Assembly: GCA_024277065.1 (NCBI GenBank)
Contig: JAJRVY010000060.1
Location: forward strand, 9,486-73,485
Reading direction: 5' to 3'
Source: Planctomycetota bacterium
GTDB taxonomy: Bacteria; Planctomycetota; JAJSAM01; JAJVHW01
DNA length: 64,000 bases
Part shown: piece by piece, positions 42,602 through 52,862 of the stretch
How positions within the stretch are numbered: position 1 is the stretch's first letter
Layout of the letters: each line of letters begins with the position of its first letter
Made by a program: the position numbers and the translations under genes
The notes under the pieces: model-generated
Database searches by the model: none
Told to the model about the DNA's origin: nothing
Seen by the model: the letters and a program-made list of their open reading frames with translations, nothing else

Positions 42602-44107
42602 TCACTGCGGTCCGGCGGCGGTGTCCGTTGCGTCCGGCGTATCCGCGTCGCCGCGGGGCGCCTGCTGCGCGAGGGGCTGCGCGGCTGGCGTGCCCTGCCA
42701 GCCGCCGCCGAGTGCGCGGTAGAGGAACACGACGGTCAACAGCTCGTCGCGCACGGCCTGCACCAGCGTGAGCTCGGCGTCGAAGTGGTCACGCTCGCTG
42801 TCGAGTACCTCGAGGTAGCTCGTCACGCCGCCGCGATACCGCTTGCGCGAGAGTTGGGTCTGGTCTCTCAGCGTGAACTCGAAGCGCTCGCGGAATTCGC
42901 GCACCTCACGCGACTTCTCGTGGCCGACGAGCGCATCGGCGACCTCGCGGAACGCACCCCGAATGGTCTGCAGGTAGACCAGCGCGGCCTCGCGCTGCTG
43001 CGATTCGGTGACCTTCACGTTGGCGGCCAGGCGCCCTGCATTGAAGATCGGCAGCGTCAACGAGGGCGTCAGCTCCCAGGTCAGCGAGTCGTGCTCGAAG
43101 AGATCGCTGAGCTTCTCGCTGGCCAGGCCGCCCCTGCCCGTCAACGCGATCGTCGGGTAGAGCAGTGCCTTGGCGGCGCCGATCTGCGCGTTCGTGGCGA
43201 CGAGGCGCTGCTCGGCGATCGCGATGTCGGGCCGCCGCTCGAGCAGTTCGGAAGGCAGCCCCTCGGGTACCGCGATGGATCGCTCCTGCGCGAGGAGCGG
43301 CCGACCGCGCGGCACCGGCCCGGGATCCTCGCCGAGGAGCAGGTGGATCAGGTTCTCGGCCTGCTCTGCGCGTCGCTCGAGGTCGGGGATGATCACCGCG
43401 GCGCTGAGCACGAGGCCTTCCGCCTGGCGCAGTTCGACCTTGTTGGCGACGCCCTGTTCCAGGCGCAGCGACACGAGGCGCAGGGAGCCCTTGCGGGAAT
43501 CCAGCGTGCGCCTTGCGATCTCCAGTTCGGCGTCCAGTTCGATGAGGTTGTAGTAGGCCTCCGCCAGCGACGCGACGACGGACTGCGCCACGGCGCGGCG
43601 CGCGAGGTCGGTCGCCAGGAGCTCGGCGCGCGCGGCCTCGGTGGCGCGCTCGATGCGGCCCCAGAAGTCGATCTCCCAGGCGAGGTCCGCGCCGAGGAAC
43701 GCGAGTTCGTTGTCCTTGTCCACACCCGGTGGCAGGGCTTGCGGGCTGTTCTCCGTGCTGCGCGTGAATTGTCCGCCGCCCGACAGGTTGACGTCCGGGT
43801 ACTTGTCGGCGCGCACGATGGTGAGCCGTGCGCGCGCCGCCAGGACGCGCTCCACCGCGATGCGCACGTCGTAGTTGCCCTCGAGCGCGCGCCCGATCAG
43901 ATCGCGCAGCACAGGGTCCTGGAAGACGGCGGACCACTCGTGATCGCCGAGCGTGCGGTCTCCCGCCGCCGCCTGCGGGGCACCCTCGAGACCGCGGAAG
44001 GCTGCGGGCTCGGTGGTTTCCGGACGCTCGTAGTCGGGGCCGAGGACCGTGCAGGCCGCCGCAGTCAGCGTGACGGCAAGCACGCACACGTGTCGGATGG
44101 GCCGCAT
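42602..44107 (-). CDS. RND efflux outer-membrane factor (OprM/NodT family lipoprotein)
   Basis: Lipobox AAAC-TVLGPDYERP, WEIDFWGR, LPSELLERRPDI, LYRALGGGW. Confidence 0.93.
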   Translation of the reverse strand: MRPIRHVCVLAVTLTAAACTVLGPDYERPETTEPAAFRGLEGAPQAAAGDRTLGDHEWSAVFQDPVLRDLIGRALEGNYDVRIAVERVLAARARLTIVRADKYPDVNLSGGGQFTRSTENSPQALPPGVDKDNELAFLGADLAWEIDFWGRIERATEAARAELLATDLARRAVAQSVVASLAEAYYNLIELDAELEIARRTLDSRKGSLRLVSLRLEQGVANKVELRQAEGLVLSAAVIIPDLERRAEQAENLIHLLLGEDPGPVPRGRPLLAQERSIAVPEGLPSELLERRPDIAIAEQRLVATNAQIGAAKALLYPTIALTGRGGLASEKLSDLFEHDSLTWELTPSLTLPIFNAGRLAANVKVTESQQREAALVYLQTIRGAFREVADALVGHEKSREVREFRERFEFTLRDQTQLSRKRYRGGVTSYLEVLDSERDHFDAELTLVQAVRDELLTVVFLYRALGGGWQGTPAAQPLAQQAPRGDADTPDATDTAAGPQ

Positions 44108-47100
44108 CACGCCGTGGCCTCCTTGTCCTCGGATTCGCGTTTCGAGCCGAACAGCTTGGTCACGAACCCCTGGAAGATGCGATAGAGCACGGGCGTCACG
44201 AACAGCGTCATGACGGTTCCGGCGAGCATCCCGCCGAACACCGCTGTGCCGAGGGACCGGCGCGACGCCGCCGCGGCGCCGACGGCGATCACGAGCGGGA
44301 CGACGCCGAGCACGAAGGAGAGCGCTGTCATGAGGATGGGGCGGAGTCGTGAGCCGGCGGCCTCGACGACCGCGTCGAGCACGGTCTCTCCCTCCTCGTG
44401 CCGTTGCTTCGCGAACTCGACCACGATGATCGCCGTCTTCGCGGCGAGGCCGATCAGGAGGATGAGCCCGATCTGCACGTAGACGTCGTTGATGTAGTCG
44501 CGTATCCACGCCGCGAAGAACGCGCCGAAGATCGCCACGGGCAGTCCGACGAGGACGGCGAGCGGGATGACCCAGCTCTCGTAGTTCGCCGCGAGGAACA
44601 GGAACACCAGCAGGAAGCCGAGGACGAAGATGGCGGTCTGCGCGCCGCCGGCCTCCTTCTCCTGGTAGGCGATCGTGGTCCACTCGTAGCCCCAGCCCTC
44701 GTCCAGCACCTCCTCTGCGACCTCCTCCATGGCCGCGATCGCCTGCCCCGAGCTGTAGCCCGGTGCGGCGGCTCCCGCGATCTCGCTCACGCGGAACATG
44801 TTGTAGCGGTGGATGAGGTCGGGACCGGTCGCCGCTCCGATGACCGACATCGTGCGCAGTGGCACCATCTTCCCGGAACTCGAGCGTACGTAGATCTGGC
44901 GCAGGTTGTCCGGGTCCATGCGGAACTCGGGTTCGGCCTGGATCATCACCTTGAACGGTCGTCCGAAGAGTGTCAGGTCGTTGACCTGCAGGCCCCCCAG
45001 GTAGATCTGCAAACTCTGGAAGACGTCCGCGATGGAGACGCCGAGCGTCTTGGCCTTCTCACGATCGAGCTCGAAACTGACCTGCGGGACGTCCGCGCGG
45101 AATGCGCTGCTCAGGCCGATGAGTTCGGGGCGCTCGGAAGCGGCCGCGACCATCTCCTGGCCCTTCTGCTGGATCTCGGAGGGCGTTCGCGATCCCGTAC
45201 GGTCTTGCATCTCGAACTGGAATCCGCCGGCGTTGCCGAGGCCGGGGATCGGCGACGGCGAGAACGCCAGACCGAACGCCTCGGGGTACGTGGCGAAGAT
45301 CGCGCGCGTCTCGGCCGTGATGGCCTCGACCTGCAGGTCCGCAGTGGGGCGCTCGTCCCAGTCGTCGAGCAGCAGGACGAAGCTGACGTTGTTGGACGTG
45401 TAGGCGTTGGTCAGCAGGTTCAGGCCGCCCAGCGTGAGCACGTCGGCGACGCCCGGGATCTCCCCGAGTTCCTTCTCGGCGCGCTCGGAGAGCGCCATCG
45501 TGCGCTCCATCGATGCCCCGTCCGGAAGCTGCAGCGTGGCGAAGAGGTAGCCCTGGTCCTCCGCCGGCACGAAGCCCGTGGGCATCGTCTTCAGCAGCGT
45601 GAACGAACCAAAGCCGAGTACACCGAGGATGGCGAGGCCCACGACGACGGTACGCACCAGCACGCGCGTCAGCGCCGTGTAGCCACGCGTCGTGGCGGTC
45701 ATGCCCTTGTCGAAGGTCCGGATGAACCACCCGATGGGGCCTCGCATTTCCGTGCGGGGCCTGAGCAGCAGGCGGCAGAGGGCCGGCGTCAGGCTCATGG
45801 CGACGACGGTCGAGAGCAGGATCGAGACCGAGATCGTCAGTGCGAACTGCCTGTAGAGCTGACCCGTGATGCCGCCCATGAATGCGACGGGAACGAAGAC
45901 GGCGCAGAGTACGAGCGACGATGCGATCAGCACCGACGTGACCTCTTTCATCGTGCGCTGCGTGGCCTCGGTCGGGGAGAGCCCCTTGGCGATGTAGACC
46001 TCGGTGGATTCCACGACGACGATCGCGTCGTCCACGACCGTGCCGATGGCCAGGATGATGCCGAAGAGCGTCAGCATGTTGATGCTGAACCCGAGCACGC
46101 CGAACGCCGCGAACGTCCCGACCAGCGACACGGGGATCGCGATCAGCGGGATCAGCGTGGCCCGGAAGCTCCCGAGGAAGACGAACACGACGATCAGGAC
46201 GAGTCCGAGTGCCTGGAAGAACGTCGTCTTCACCTCGTCGATCGAGGCCGTGATGAACTTCGTGTTGTCGAAGGTGATGTCGTACTCGAGTCCCGGCGGC
46301 ATGCGCGCGCCGAGTTCCTTCATCAGATCCTTGACGCCTTCCGCGGTGGTGAGCGCGTTCGACCCGGGCAACTGGTAGACCATGAGGATCGTCGATGGCG
46401 TGCCGTTGTAGCGGCCGTACGACGTGTAGGACTTGCCCGCGAGTTCGGTCCGCGCGAAGTCCTTCACTCTGAGTTGGGAGCTGTCCGGGAGCGTGCGCAG
46501 GATGATGTTCTCGAACTCCTCCACCGTTTCGAGGCGGCTCTTCGCCGAGATCGAGTACTGGAACGCGACACCGGGCTCAGCCGGTGGCTGCCCGACGGCG
46601 CCGACCGGCAAGAGCACGTTCTGCTCTCGCACGGCGTTTGCGATGTCACCTGCCGTGAGGCCCAGCTTGGTCAACTTGTCCGGCCGCACCCACAGACGCA
46701 TTGCGTAGTCGCGCTGGCCGATCAGGCTGGTGCTCCCGACGCCCGACGTCCGCGTGATGGGATCCACGAGGTTGAGGGAAGCGTAGTTCGAGATGAACGT
46801 CTCGTCGTAGGAGCCGTCCGGCGAGTAGAGCGAGATCACCAGCACGAAGTCCGGCGACTTCTTCTCGACGGAGATGCCGGCGGCGACGGCCTCCGGCGGG
46901 AGATTCGACATCGCCTTGTTCACGCGGTTGTTGATGTCCACGTTGGCGAGGTCGAGGTCCTTGCCGACCTCGAAGCTGCACGTCAGGAGATAGCGGCCGT
47001 CGCTGCTGCTCTTGGACGTGAAGTAGATCATGTCCTCGGCGCCGTTGACCTCGGTCTCGACCGGGGCCGCGATCGCCTCCTCGACCGTCTCGGCGTTCGC

Positions 47101-47253
47101 ACCGGGGTAGTTGATCTCGACCTCGATCGTCGGGGGCGCGATCTGCGGGTACAGCGCGATGGGCAGCGTCGTCATCGACAGCGCACCCGCCAGCAGGATC
47201 ACGATGGAGATGACCATCGCGAAGACCGGCTTCTTGATGAAGAACTCGCCCAC
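44107..47253 (-). CDS. RND efflux permease (HAE1/AcrB family)
   Basis: FFIKKPVFA, YPQIAPP, VVDDAIVVVE, RLRPILMT; 1048 aa. Confidence 0.96.
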   Translation of the reverse strand: MGEFFIKKPVFAMVISIVILLAGALSMTTLPIALYPQIAPPTIEVEINYPGANAETVEEAIAAPVETEVNGAEDMIYFTSKSSSDGRYLLTCSFEVGKDLDLANVDINNRVNKAMSNLPPEAVAAGISVEKKSPDFVLVISLYSPDGSYDETFISNYASLNLVDPITRTSGVGSTSLIGQRDYAMRLWVRPDKLTKLGLTAGDIANAVREQNVLLPVGAVGQPPAEPGVAFQYSISAKSRLETVEEFENIILRTLPDSSQLRVKDFARTELAGKSYTSYGRYNGTPSTILMVYQLPGSNALTTAEGVKDLMKELGARMPPGLEYDITFDNTKFITASIDEVKTTFFQALGLVLIVVFVFLGSFRATLIPLIAIPVSLVGTFAAFGVLGFSINMLTLFGIILAIGTVVDDAIVVVESTEVYIAKGLSPTEATQRTMKEVTSVLIASSLVLCAVFVPVAFMGGITGQLYRQFALTISVSILLSTVVAMSLTPALCRLLLRPRTEMRGPIGWFIRTFDKGMTATTRGYTALTRVLVRTVVVGLAILGVLGFGSFTLLKTMPTGFVPAEDQGYLFATLQLPDGASMERTMALSERAEKELGEIPGVADVLTLGGLNLLTNAYTSNNVSFVLLLDDWDERPTADLQVEAITAETRAIFATYPEAFGLAFSPSPIPGLGNAGGFQFEMQDRTGSRTPSEIQQKGQEMVAAASERPELIGLSSAFRADVPQVSFELDREKAKTLGVSIADVFQSLQIYLGGLQVNDLTLFGRPFKVMIQAEPEFRMDPDNLRQIYVRSSSGKMVPLRTMSVIGAATGPDLIHRYNMFRVSEIAGAAAPGYSSGQAIAAMEEVAEEVLDEGWGYEWTTIAYQEKEAGGAQTAIFVLGFLLVFLFLAANYESWVIPLAVLVGLPVAIFGAFFAAWIRDYINDVYVQIGLILLIGLAAKTAIIVVEFAKQRHEEGETVLDAVVEAAGSRLRPILMTALSFVLGVVPLVIAVGAAAASRRSLGTAVFGGMLAGTVMTLFVTPVLYRIFQGFVTKLFGSKRESEDKEATA

Positions 47254-47255
47254 TC

Positions 47256-48599
47256 CTACTCGTCTCCGCCGGGGTTCGGCTCACCGGCATCGCGTTCCGC
47301 GGATGCCGCCACCTCCGTCGGGACCACCGTGGAGCCCGGCTGCGCCTTCTGCAGGCCCTCGACGATCACCGTCTCGCCGCCGTTCAGGCCCTTCTCCACG
47401 ACGAAGAAACTCTCGTGGCGTTCGGAGACCTGCACCGTCTTGAGGGCGACCTTGTTGCCCTCGCCGACCACGAGGACCGACTTGACGCCCTGCCGCTCGA
47501 TGATGGCCTTCTGCGGCACGAGCACGGCGCCCTCGAACACGCCGACCGTCAGTCGCGCCCGGCCGAACTGGCCGGGCCGGAGTTCGCCGTCCGGGTTGGG
47601 GAACTGGCAGACGAGTTGTAGCGTGCCCGTCTCGACATCGATGGCGCGCTCTGCCGTGACGATCTCTCCGGGGTGTGGGTAGAGGCTGTCGTCGGCCAGG
47701 ACGAGCGACACCTCGACGCGAGTTCTCTCGCCTCGCGCCTCCGTGGCACGGACGAGTCGCAGGTACTCCGCTTCGCTGATGGCGAACGTGCACCACATCG
47801 GATCTACGAGCGAGACCGTCACGAGCCGCGTCGCCTCGCCACGACCGACCAGGTTCCCGACCGACACCTCGGTGCGACCGATCAGTCCGTCGATGGGGGA
47901 CGTGATGGTGCAGTAGGACAGATCGAGCTCCGCGAGCACGAGTGCCGCCTTCGCCTTCTCGCGCTGCGCCTCCGCCATCAGGATGCCGACCGCCTCGGAG
48001 ATCCGCGCGTTCTTGAGGTTCGCCTCCTGCACCAGCACCTCAGCGGCGGCCACCTCGTTCGCGGCGATCGCGGTGTCGAGATCCTGGCGCGGAACGGCGT
48101 CTTCTTCGGCGAGAGGCCGCAGCCTGGCAACGTCCTGCTCGGTCTTGCGCTGCGCGGCCTGGGCCTGCACGAGTCCCGCCTCCGCGGCCCGCACCGTCAC
48201 CTGTTCGCGGGCCAGCTTGACGTCGGCCTCGGCCTGGGCGAGTACCGCGTTGGCGACGTTCACCTCCGCCTCGAACGTACTCTTGTCGAGTTCGTAGAGC
48301 ACCTGCCCTTTCTCGACGGGGCGGCCCTCGTCGAACGTCATGCTCGCGAGAATCGCCTCCACTCGGGCCTGCACGGTGATGGTCTCCTTCGCCTCGGTGC
48401 GGGCGACGAAGTCGCGGATGACCGGCACGTCCGCGGTTCGCACCTCGCTCACGACGACGCTGGCAGGTGGCGGCGCCGGGGGGCTCTCCCTGGCGGCGGC
48501 GTCATCGCCGCCGCAGCCGGCCGTGAGCGCTGCCAGGGCGCACCATGCAAGTGCAAGTGGAATCCGTACACGTCGCAATGCGCGCTCCTGTGTCTGCAT
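47256..48599 (-). CDS. RND efflux periplasmic adaptor (MFP)
   Basis: Lipobox LTAGC, ITSPIDGLIG, LRPGQFGR, VIVEGLQK. Confidence 0.93.
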   Translation of the reverse strand: MQTQERALRRVRIPLALAWCALAALTAGCGGDDAAARESPPAPPPASVVVSEVRTADVPVIRDFVARTEAKETITVQARVEAILASMTFDEGRPVEKGQVLYELDKSTFEAEVNVANAVLAQAEADVKLAREQVTVRAAEAGLVQAQAAQRKTEQDVARLRPLAEEDAVPRQDLDTAIAANEVAAAEVLVQEANLKNARISEAVGILMAEAQREKAKAALVLAELDLSYCTITSPIDGLIGRTEVSVGNLVGRGEATRLVTVSLVDPMWCTFAISEAEYLRLVRATEARGERTRVEVSLVLADDSLYPHPGEIVTAERAIDVETGTLQLVCQFPNPDGELRPGQFGRARLTVGVFEGAVLVPQKAIIERQGVKSVLVVGEGNKVALKTVQVSERHESFFVVEKGLNGGETVIVEGLQKAQPGSTVVPTEVAASAERDAGEPNPGGDE

Positions 48600-48926
48600 C
48601 TAACGCTTCCTCCGCGGGGGATGTTACCGTCATGGGCGTCGGATCCCGGCCGTTGTCGGCGTGTGACTGCCGTGGGGTAGTGCGTAGAGTAATACCGCGT
48701 GGTCCCGTCGATGGTCAGTTTCGCGCCACGCCGCGCGTTGACCGCAGCGGGCTTTGGGCCTGCATGCGCGCAGAACGTGGCCCCCCGGCGCCGACGTAAG
48801 CCGCCCGTCGGCGAGCCTGGTGGAGTCGCCTGCGCGAGGGAATCGAGAACGCGATGTAACCTTCGACCCTCTCGCGCGACCTTGTATGTGGGGGCGACGG
48901 CGTAGGGGGACCACCCGGGAGTCACC

Positions 48927-49667
48927 ATGTCCGCATCGTCTGCGCCCGCACCGCCGCCCGCCCCCGTGATCTCGTCGCCTGCGCCGGCATTGCACGCCCT
49001 CCAGCCGCTCCCGCGCACCGACCGCCCGCGTGAGCGGCTGCTGCGCTGCGGCGCGGCCGGATTGCGGGACGACGAAGTGCTCGCCGTCGTCCTGGGAACC
49101 GGCGTCCCGGGCGTGCCCGTCGAGCGGCTTGCCGCCGCGCTGATCACAGCGGCCGGAGGGCTCCGGCCGCTCCTGCGCCGCACCCCGGCCGAGCTCTCGG
49201 ATCTTCCCGGGGTCGGCGAGGCCCGCGCCGCGCGACTCCTCGCGTGCGCCGAGGTCGGGCGCCGCAGCGTCGGCGAGACGCTGCGCCGCGGCATCGCCTT
49301 CCGTTCCAGCCGCGACGTCTTCCGTCACTACGCGCCCCGCCTCCGCGATCTGCGCGTCGAGCAGTTCCGTGCCCTTCTGCTCGACGGCAAGCACCGCGTG
49401 CTGCGCGAGGAACTGATCTCCCAGGGCACCCTCACGTCGTCACCTGTGCATCCTCGCGAGGTGTTCGGCCCCGCCATACGGCACGGCGCCGCGGCGCTGG
49501 TGCTCGTCCACAATCACCCGTCGGGGGATCCGACGCCCAGCGCCGACGATCTCGACGTCACGCGGCGCCTGCGCGACGTGGGCGAGTTGGTCGGCATCCG
49601 CATCCTCGACCACGTCATCATCGGTGACGACTCGTTCGCCTCGCTCGCCGATCGCGGGCTGCTCTGA
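48927..49667 (+). CDS. radC: RadC family JAB-domain protein
   Basis: RPRERL, HhH LPGVGEARA, VHPREVF, HNHPSGDPTPSADD, LDHVIIG. Confidence 0.95.
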   Translation: MSASSAPAPPPAPVISSPAPALHALQPLPRTDRPRERLLRCGAAGLRDDEVLAVVLGTGVPGVPVERLAAALITAAGGLRPLLRRTPAELSDLPGVGEARAARLLACAEVGRRSVGETLRRGIAFRSSRDVFRHYAPRLRDLRVEQFRALLLDGKHRVLREELISQGTLTSSPVHPREVFGPAIRHGAAALVLVHNHPSGDPTPSADDLDVTRRLRDVGELVGIRILDHVIIGDDSFASLADRGLL

Positions 49668-49789
49668 GGCTGACGGGCGAACACGTACCCCGTCGCCTCG
49701 GCGAAGTTCGTTGCAGAAGACGTGACATCCAGTGAAATACCCCGTGTCCGGTGGCGGCAGGCCGCGGCCGGCAGCGACGTGGCAGGCGG

Positions 49790-49918
49790 ATGAGAGACGT
49801 GGAACCGGACTCACAGGACGCGGAGGAGCGGCGAGCCGTGCGCAAGGTCGGCCTCATCCTCGCGATCGTGGTGCTGGTTCTGCTCGCGCTGCCTTTCGCG
49901 TTCGTGCTCTGGCCCTGA
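49790..49918 (+). CDS. Small single-TM protein (42 aa; alternative GTG start at 49838 gives 26 aa), below the ORF-track size cutoff
   Basis: MRDVEPDSQDAEERRAVRKVGLILAIVVLVLLALPFAFVLWP*; GGAGG at 49822-49826 precedes the GTG; GC3-biased codons. Confidence 0.55.
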   Translation: MRDVEPDSQDAEERRAVRKVGLILAIVVLVLLALPFAFVLWP

Positions 49919-50013
49919 GCCGGACTGCGGTGACGAGGGCTGCCGTCCTTCGCGCGGCGGGCGCGGCTCGGAAGTGTGTGTGTGCGACGTGTGTGTGACG
50001 AGAGGTGATCGCC

Positions 50014-50655
50014 GTGGGGACTGCTGCACAAATCGATGTGCTGGGCCAAGAGAAGTTCGGCCTGAAGACGTTCGGCTACACGCCGGGCAAGTTCGGGATG
50101 TGGCTCTTCCTGGCATCGGACGCCATGGGCTTCGTGGGGCTCATCGGCGCGTACATCATCCTGCGCGCGAGCCTTCCCGGTGACGCGTGGGTGCCCACCA
50201 CCGGCTACGGGGCGGGCGGCGCCGAGGGCCTGCCGCAGCTCGCCCCGGTCTTGACGGGCATCAACACGTTCATCCTGATCTGCTCCTCGTTCACGATGGT
50301 TCGCGCGCTGCACGCGATCCAGCGCGGCAACCAGAGCGGTCTCAAGCTCTGGCTCGGCATCACGATCCTCTGCGGCGCGACGTTCCTCGGCATTCAGGTC
50401 TATGAGTACGGCAAGCTCATGAGCGAAGGCCTGCACATGAGCTCGCACCTCTTCGGCGCGACGTTCTTCATGTGTACGGCGTATCACGGCGCCCACGTGC
50501 TCGCCGGCGTGATCTACATGTCGTGCATCTGGGTCGCCGCTGCGCGCGGGCGCTATACGGCGGAGAGCCACAGCCCGGTCGAGCTCGTGGGCCTCTTCTG
50601 GCACTTCGTGGACCTCGTCTGGATCATCCTCTTCACGATCATCTACCTCTTCTAG
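50014..50655 (+). CDS. Heme-copper oxidase subunit III family protein
   Basis: GMWLFLASD, NTFILICSSFTM, AYHGAHV, LFWHFVDLVWI. GAGGTG RBS favours the GTG start at 50014. Confidence 0.92.
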   Translation: MGTAAQIDVLGQEKFGLKTFGYTPGKFGMWLFLASDAMGFVGLIGAYIILRASLPGDAWVPTTGYGAGGAEGLPQLAPVLTGINTFILICSSFTMVRALHAIQRGNQSGLKLWLGITILCGATFLGIQVYEYGKLMSEGLHMSSHLFGATFFMCTAYHGAHVLAGVIYMSCIWVAAARGRYTAESHSPVELVGLFWHFVDLVWIILFTIIYLF

Positions 50656-50664
50656 GACCTCCCG

Positions 50665-50997
50665 ATGACGCACGACACCTCCTCCGCGGCCGCCGCGACG
50701 GCGCCCGCAGACCACATGGGCATCTACTGGCGCGTCATCATCACGCTGGCGGTCTTCACGGGCATCGAGTTCGGCATCTCGTTCGCCATCCACGGCGCCG
50801 CCGCGACGGCCTTCATGCTCGGCGTACTCGGCCTCCTCGGTCTCGCGGCATGGAAGGCGGTGCTCGTCGCGCGCTTCTTCATGCACCTCGAGTACGACCC
50901 CGGCATCCTCGCGTTCCTGGCGCTCGTCCCGGGCGTCCTGGGCACGCCACTCATCGCGTTCGGTGTCTACGACGGGATCGCCGGACCCGGGTTCTGA
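50665..50997 (+). CDS. Oxidase subunit IV (CtaF/CyoD-like) family protein
   Basis: Three TMs; KAVLVARFFMHL motif. Confidence 0.85.
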   Translation: MTHDTSSAAAATAPADHMGIYWRVIITLAVFTGIEFGISFAIHGAAATAFMLGVLGLLGLAAWKAVLVARFFMHLEYDPGILAFLALVPGVLGTPLIAFGVYDGIAGPGF

Positions 50998-51164
50998 AGC
51001 GCATCGTCGGTCGCCACGGCGCTCGCCGCGTGCTCGCGCGCCCGGCCGCCGTATCCCCGATGCCGCCCCCGAACGTCCCTGGGTGCGCCGACGGTCGCAA
51101 GGGGACCGCCGGCTCCGGCGTCGCGCGCTCGGGTCGCAGGGTTTGGGACGGTAGGCTCTCCCGG

Positions 51165-52529
51165 ATGAGACTCTCGCGCGGACTCCTCGGTCTGACTGCC
51201 GCTGCTGCGCTGTGCGCCGGCGGGATCGTCGGGCGATCGTCGTCGGCCGCATCGGCCGCGCCGTCGCCGAAGAGACTTGTCGAGACCTATCTCAAGGCGA
51301 AGAAGGACAAGGATCGCGCGAAGGCGTGGGAGGCGATCGCCGCCGCGCCGGCGCTTGCAGCGGACGATGTGCCCGCGCTGGCCGCGCGGGCCGTCGCGCT
51401 CGTCCGCAAGCGGGGGCGCAGGATCGGCAGCGGGCGCGAGGAGTGGTTCGACGAGGACGAGGACGGCTGGCGCGGTCTCTATCTCACGTCCGGGAAGGGC
51501 AAGAAGGGCCTGGTGCTCGGACTGCACGGCGGGGGGGCCGGATCGGGAGACGCCGGTCAGGCGTCGTCCGCGTTCTCGGGCGCGATCTCGGGCCTTGGCC
51601 TGCGTGGGCTCTATCCGCAGGTCCTGCGCAAGACGGAGTACGGCTGGACCGACCCGCCGGACACGGAGCGCTGGATCATCGAGGAACTGATTCCGGCGGC
51701 GATTCGCACCTGGAACGTCGATCCCGATCGCGTCTACGTGACGGGGCACTCGATGGGCGGGTACGGCACGTGGACGTACGGCGCGATCCACGCGGATCGC
51801 TTCGCCGCCGGGGCGGCGTTCGCCGGTGCGCCGACCGTCTACTGGGTGCCCGGCCGCAAGGACCAGGAGGCCGAGGCGGTCATCGACGGCATCCTGCCGA
51901 ATCTCTACAACCTGCCCCTGTTCGTCTACCAGAGCCTCGACGACCCCAACGTCCCGGCGGCGGCCAACGTCAAGGCCTGCGCACGGCTCGCGGAACTGCA
52001 CGAGAGCGACGCGGACGGCTGGCGGTTCGTCTACGAGGAGGTGGACGGGCGGCGGCACGCCTTCCCTGAGAAGGGCCCGCGACCGGGGCTGGAGTGGATG
52101 GCCGCGCACGTGCGCGATCCGCGCCCGACGACCATCCGCTGGCAGCCGTCACGCGACTGGAAGAAACGCTTCTACTGGCTGCGCTGGGAGACGCCGTGGA
52201 TCGGATGCGTCCTCGTCGCCACGGTGGACCGGGAAGCCAACACGATCGACGCCGCGATCACCAAACCTCGTACGGCGACACCGCAGCGCACCGAGTCCCT
52301 GCGTGAGTCGTTCGTCTCGACGCTCGAGTTCTCACTCGACGAGCAACTCGTCGATCTCGCGCGCGAGGTGGTGATCCGGGTGGACGGAGCGGAGCGCTAC
52401 CGCGGTGTGCCGACGCTCTCGCTGGCGACGCTGGTGCGCACGGCCGAGGAGCGCGAGGACCCCCGGTACGTGTTCGCGGCGCAGGTCGGGGTAGGGCCGG
52501 CGCCCGCCACCGCCGACAGCGGCGAATAA
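51165..52529 (+). CDS. Secreted alpha/beta-hydrolase (esterase/peptidase-like)
   Basis: Signal peptide, LHGGG, DPDRVYVTGHSMGGYGTW (GxSxG), candidate Asp/His downstream. Confidence 0.8.
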   Translation: MRLSRGLLGLTAAAALCAGGIVGRSSSAASAAPSPKRLVETYLKAKKDKDRAKAWEAIAAAPALAADDVPALAARAVALVRKRGRRIGSGREEWFDEDEDGWRGLYLTSGKGKKGLVLGLHGGGAGSGDAGQASSAFSGAISGLGLRGLYPQVLRKTEYGWTDPPDTERWIIEELIPAAIRTWNVDPDRVYVTGHSMGGYGTWTYGAIHADRFAAGAAFAGAPTVYWVPGRKDQEAEAVIDGILPNLYNLPLFVYQSLDDPNVPAAANVKACARLAELHESDADGWRFVYEEVDGRRHAFPEKGPRPGLEWMAAHVRDPRPTTIRWQPSRDWKKRFYWLRWETPWIGCVLVATVDREANTIDAAITKPRTATPQRTESLRESFVSTLEFSLDEQLVDLAREVVIRVDGAERYRGVPTLSLATLVRTAEEREDPRYVFAAQVGVGPAPATADSGE

Positions 52530-52862
52530 CCACGGCGCGCCGGGCGCGGGCCCTCAGGGCCCGCGCAGGAATAAGTTCGTAGGACCGAGCGCGAGCGGGG
52601 GCGGCGCGGGGCAAGGCGGCTCGACGACGCGACTCATTGCGGAGCCGAGTCGGTGAGGAGAGGCAACGCCGCCCCGCGTCGTCGCAGCCGATCGAATCCC
52701 GAAGTTATTCCTGCGCGGGCCCTAAGATCGGGCGTTCGCGGCGGGCATGGGCTAGGAAAGTGGCTCCCGCGCCGGGCACCGTGATGGTCTCCGGCTGCGG
52801 GCCGTGGCCTCTCGTCGGCCGCGATCAACCTCAGACTTAGTCCCCCCCGGAGGTCCACGCCG

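Noticed and set aside
48830-48900. Possible LexA box upstream of radC
   Set aside because: GAAC...GTAAC spacing and sequence do not fit the LexA motifs I know.
48927-49667. radC as a marker of a mobile element
   Set aside because: Full-length chromosomal type with HhH region and no integrase or transfer genes nearby.
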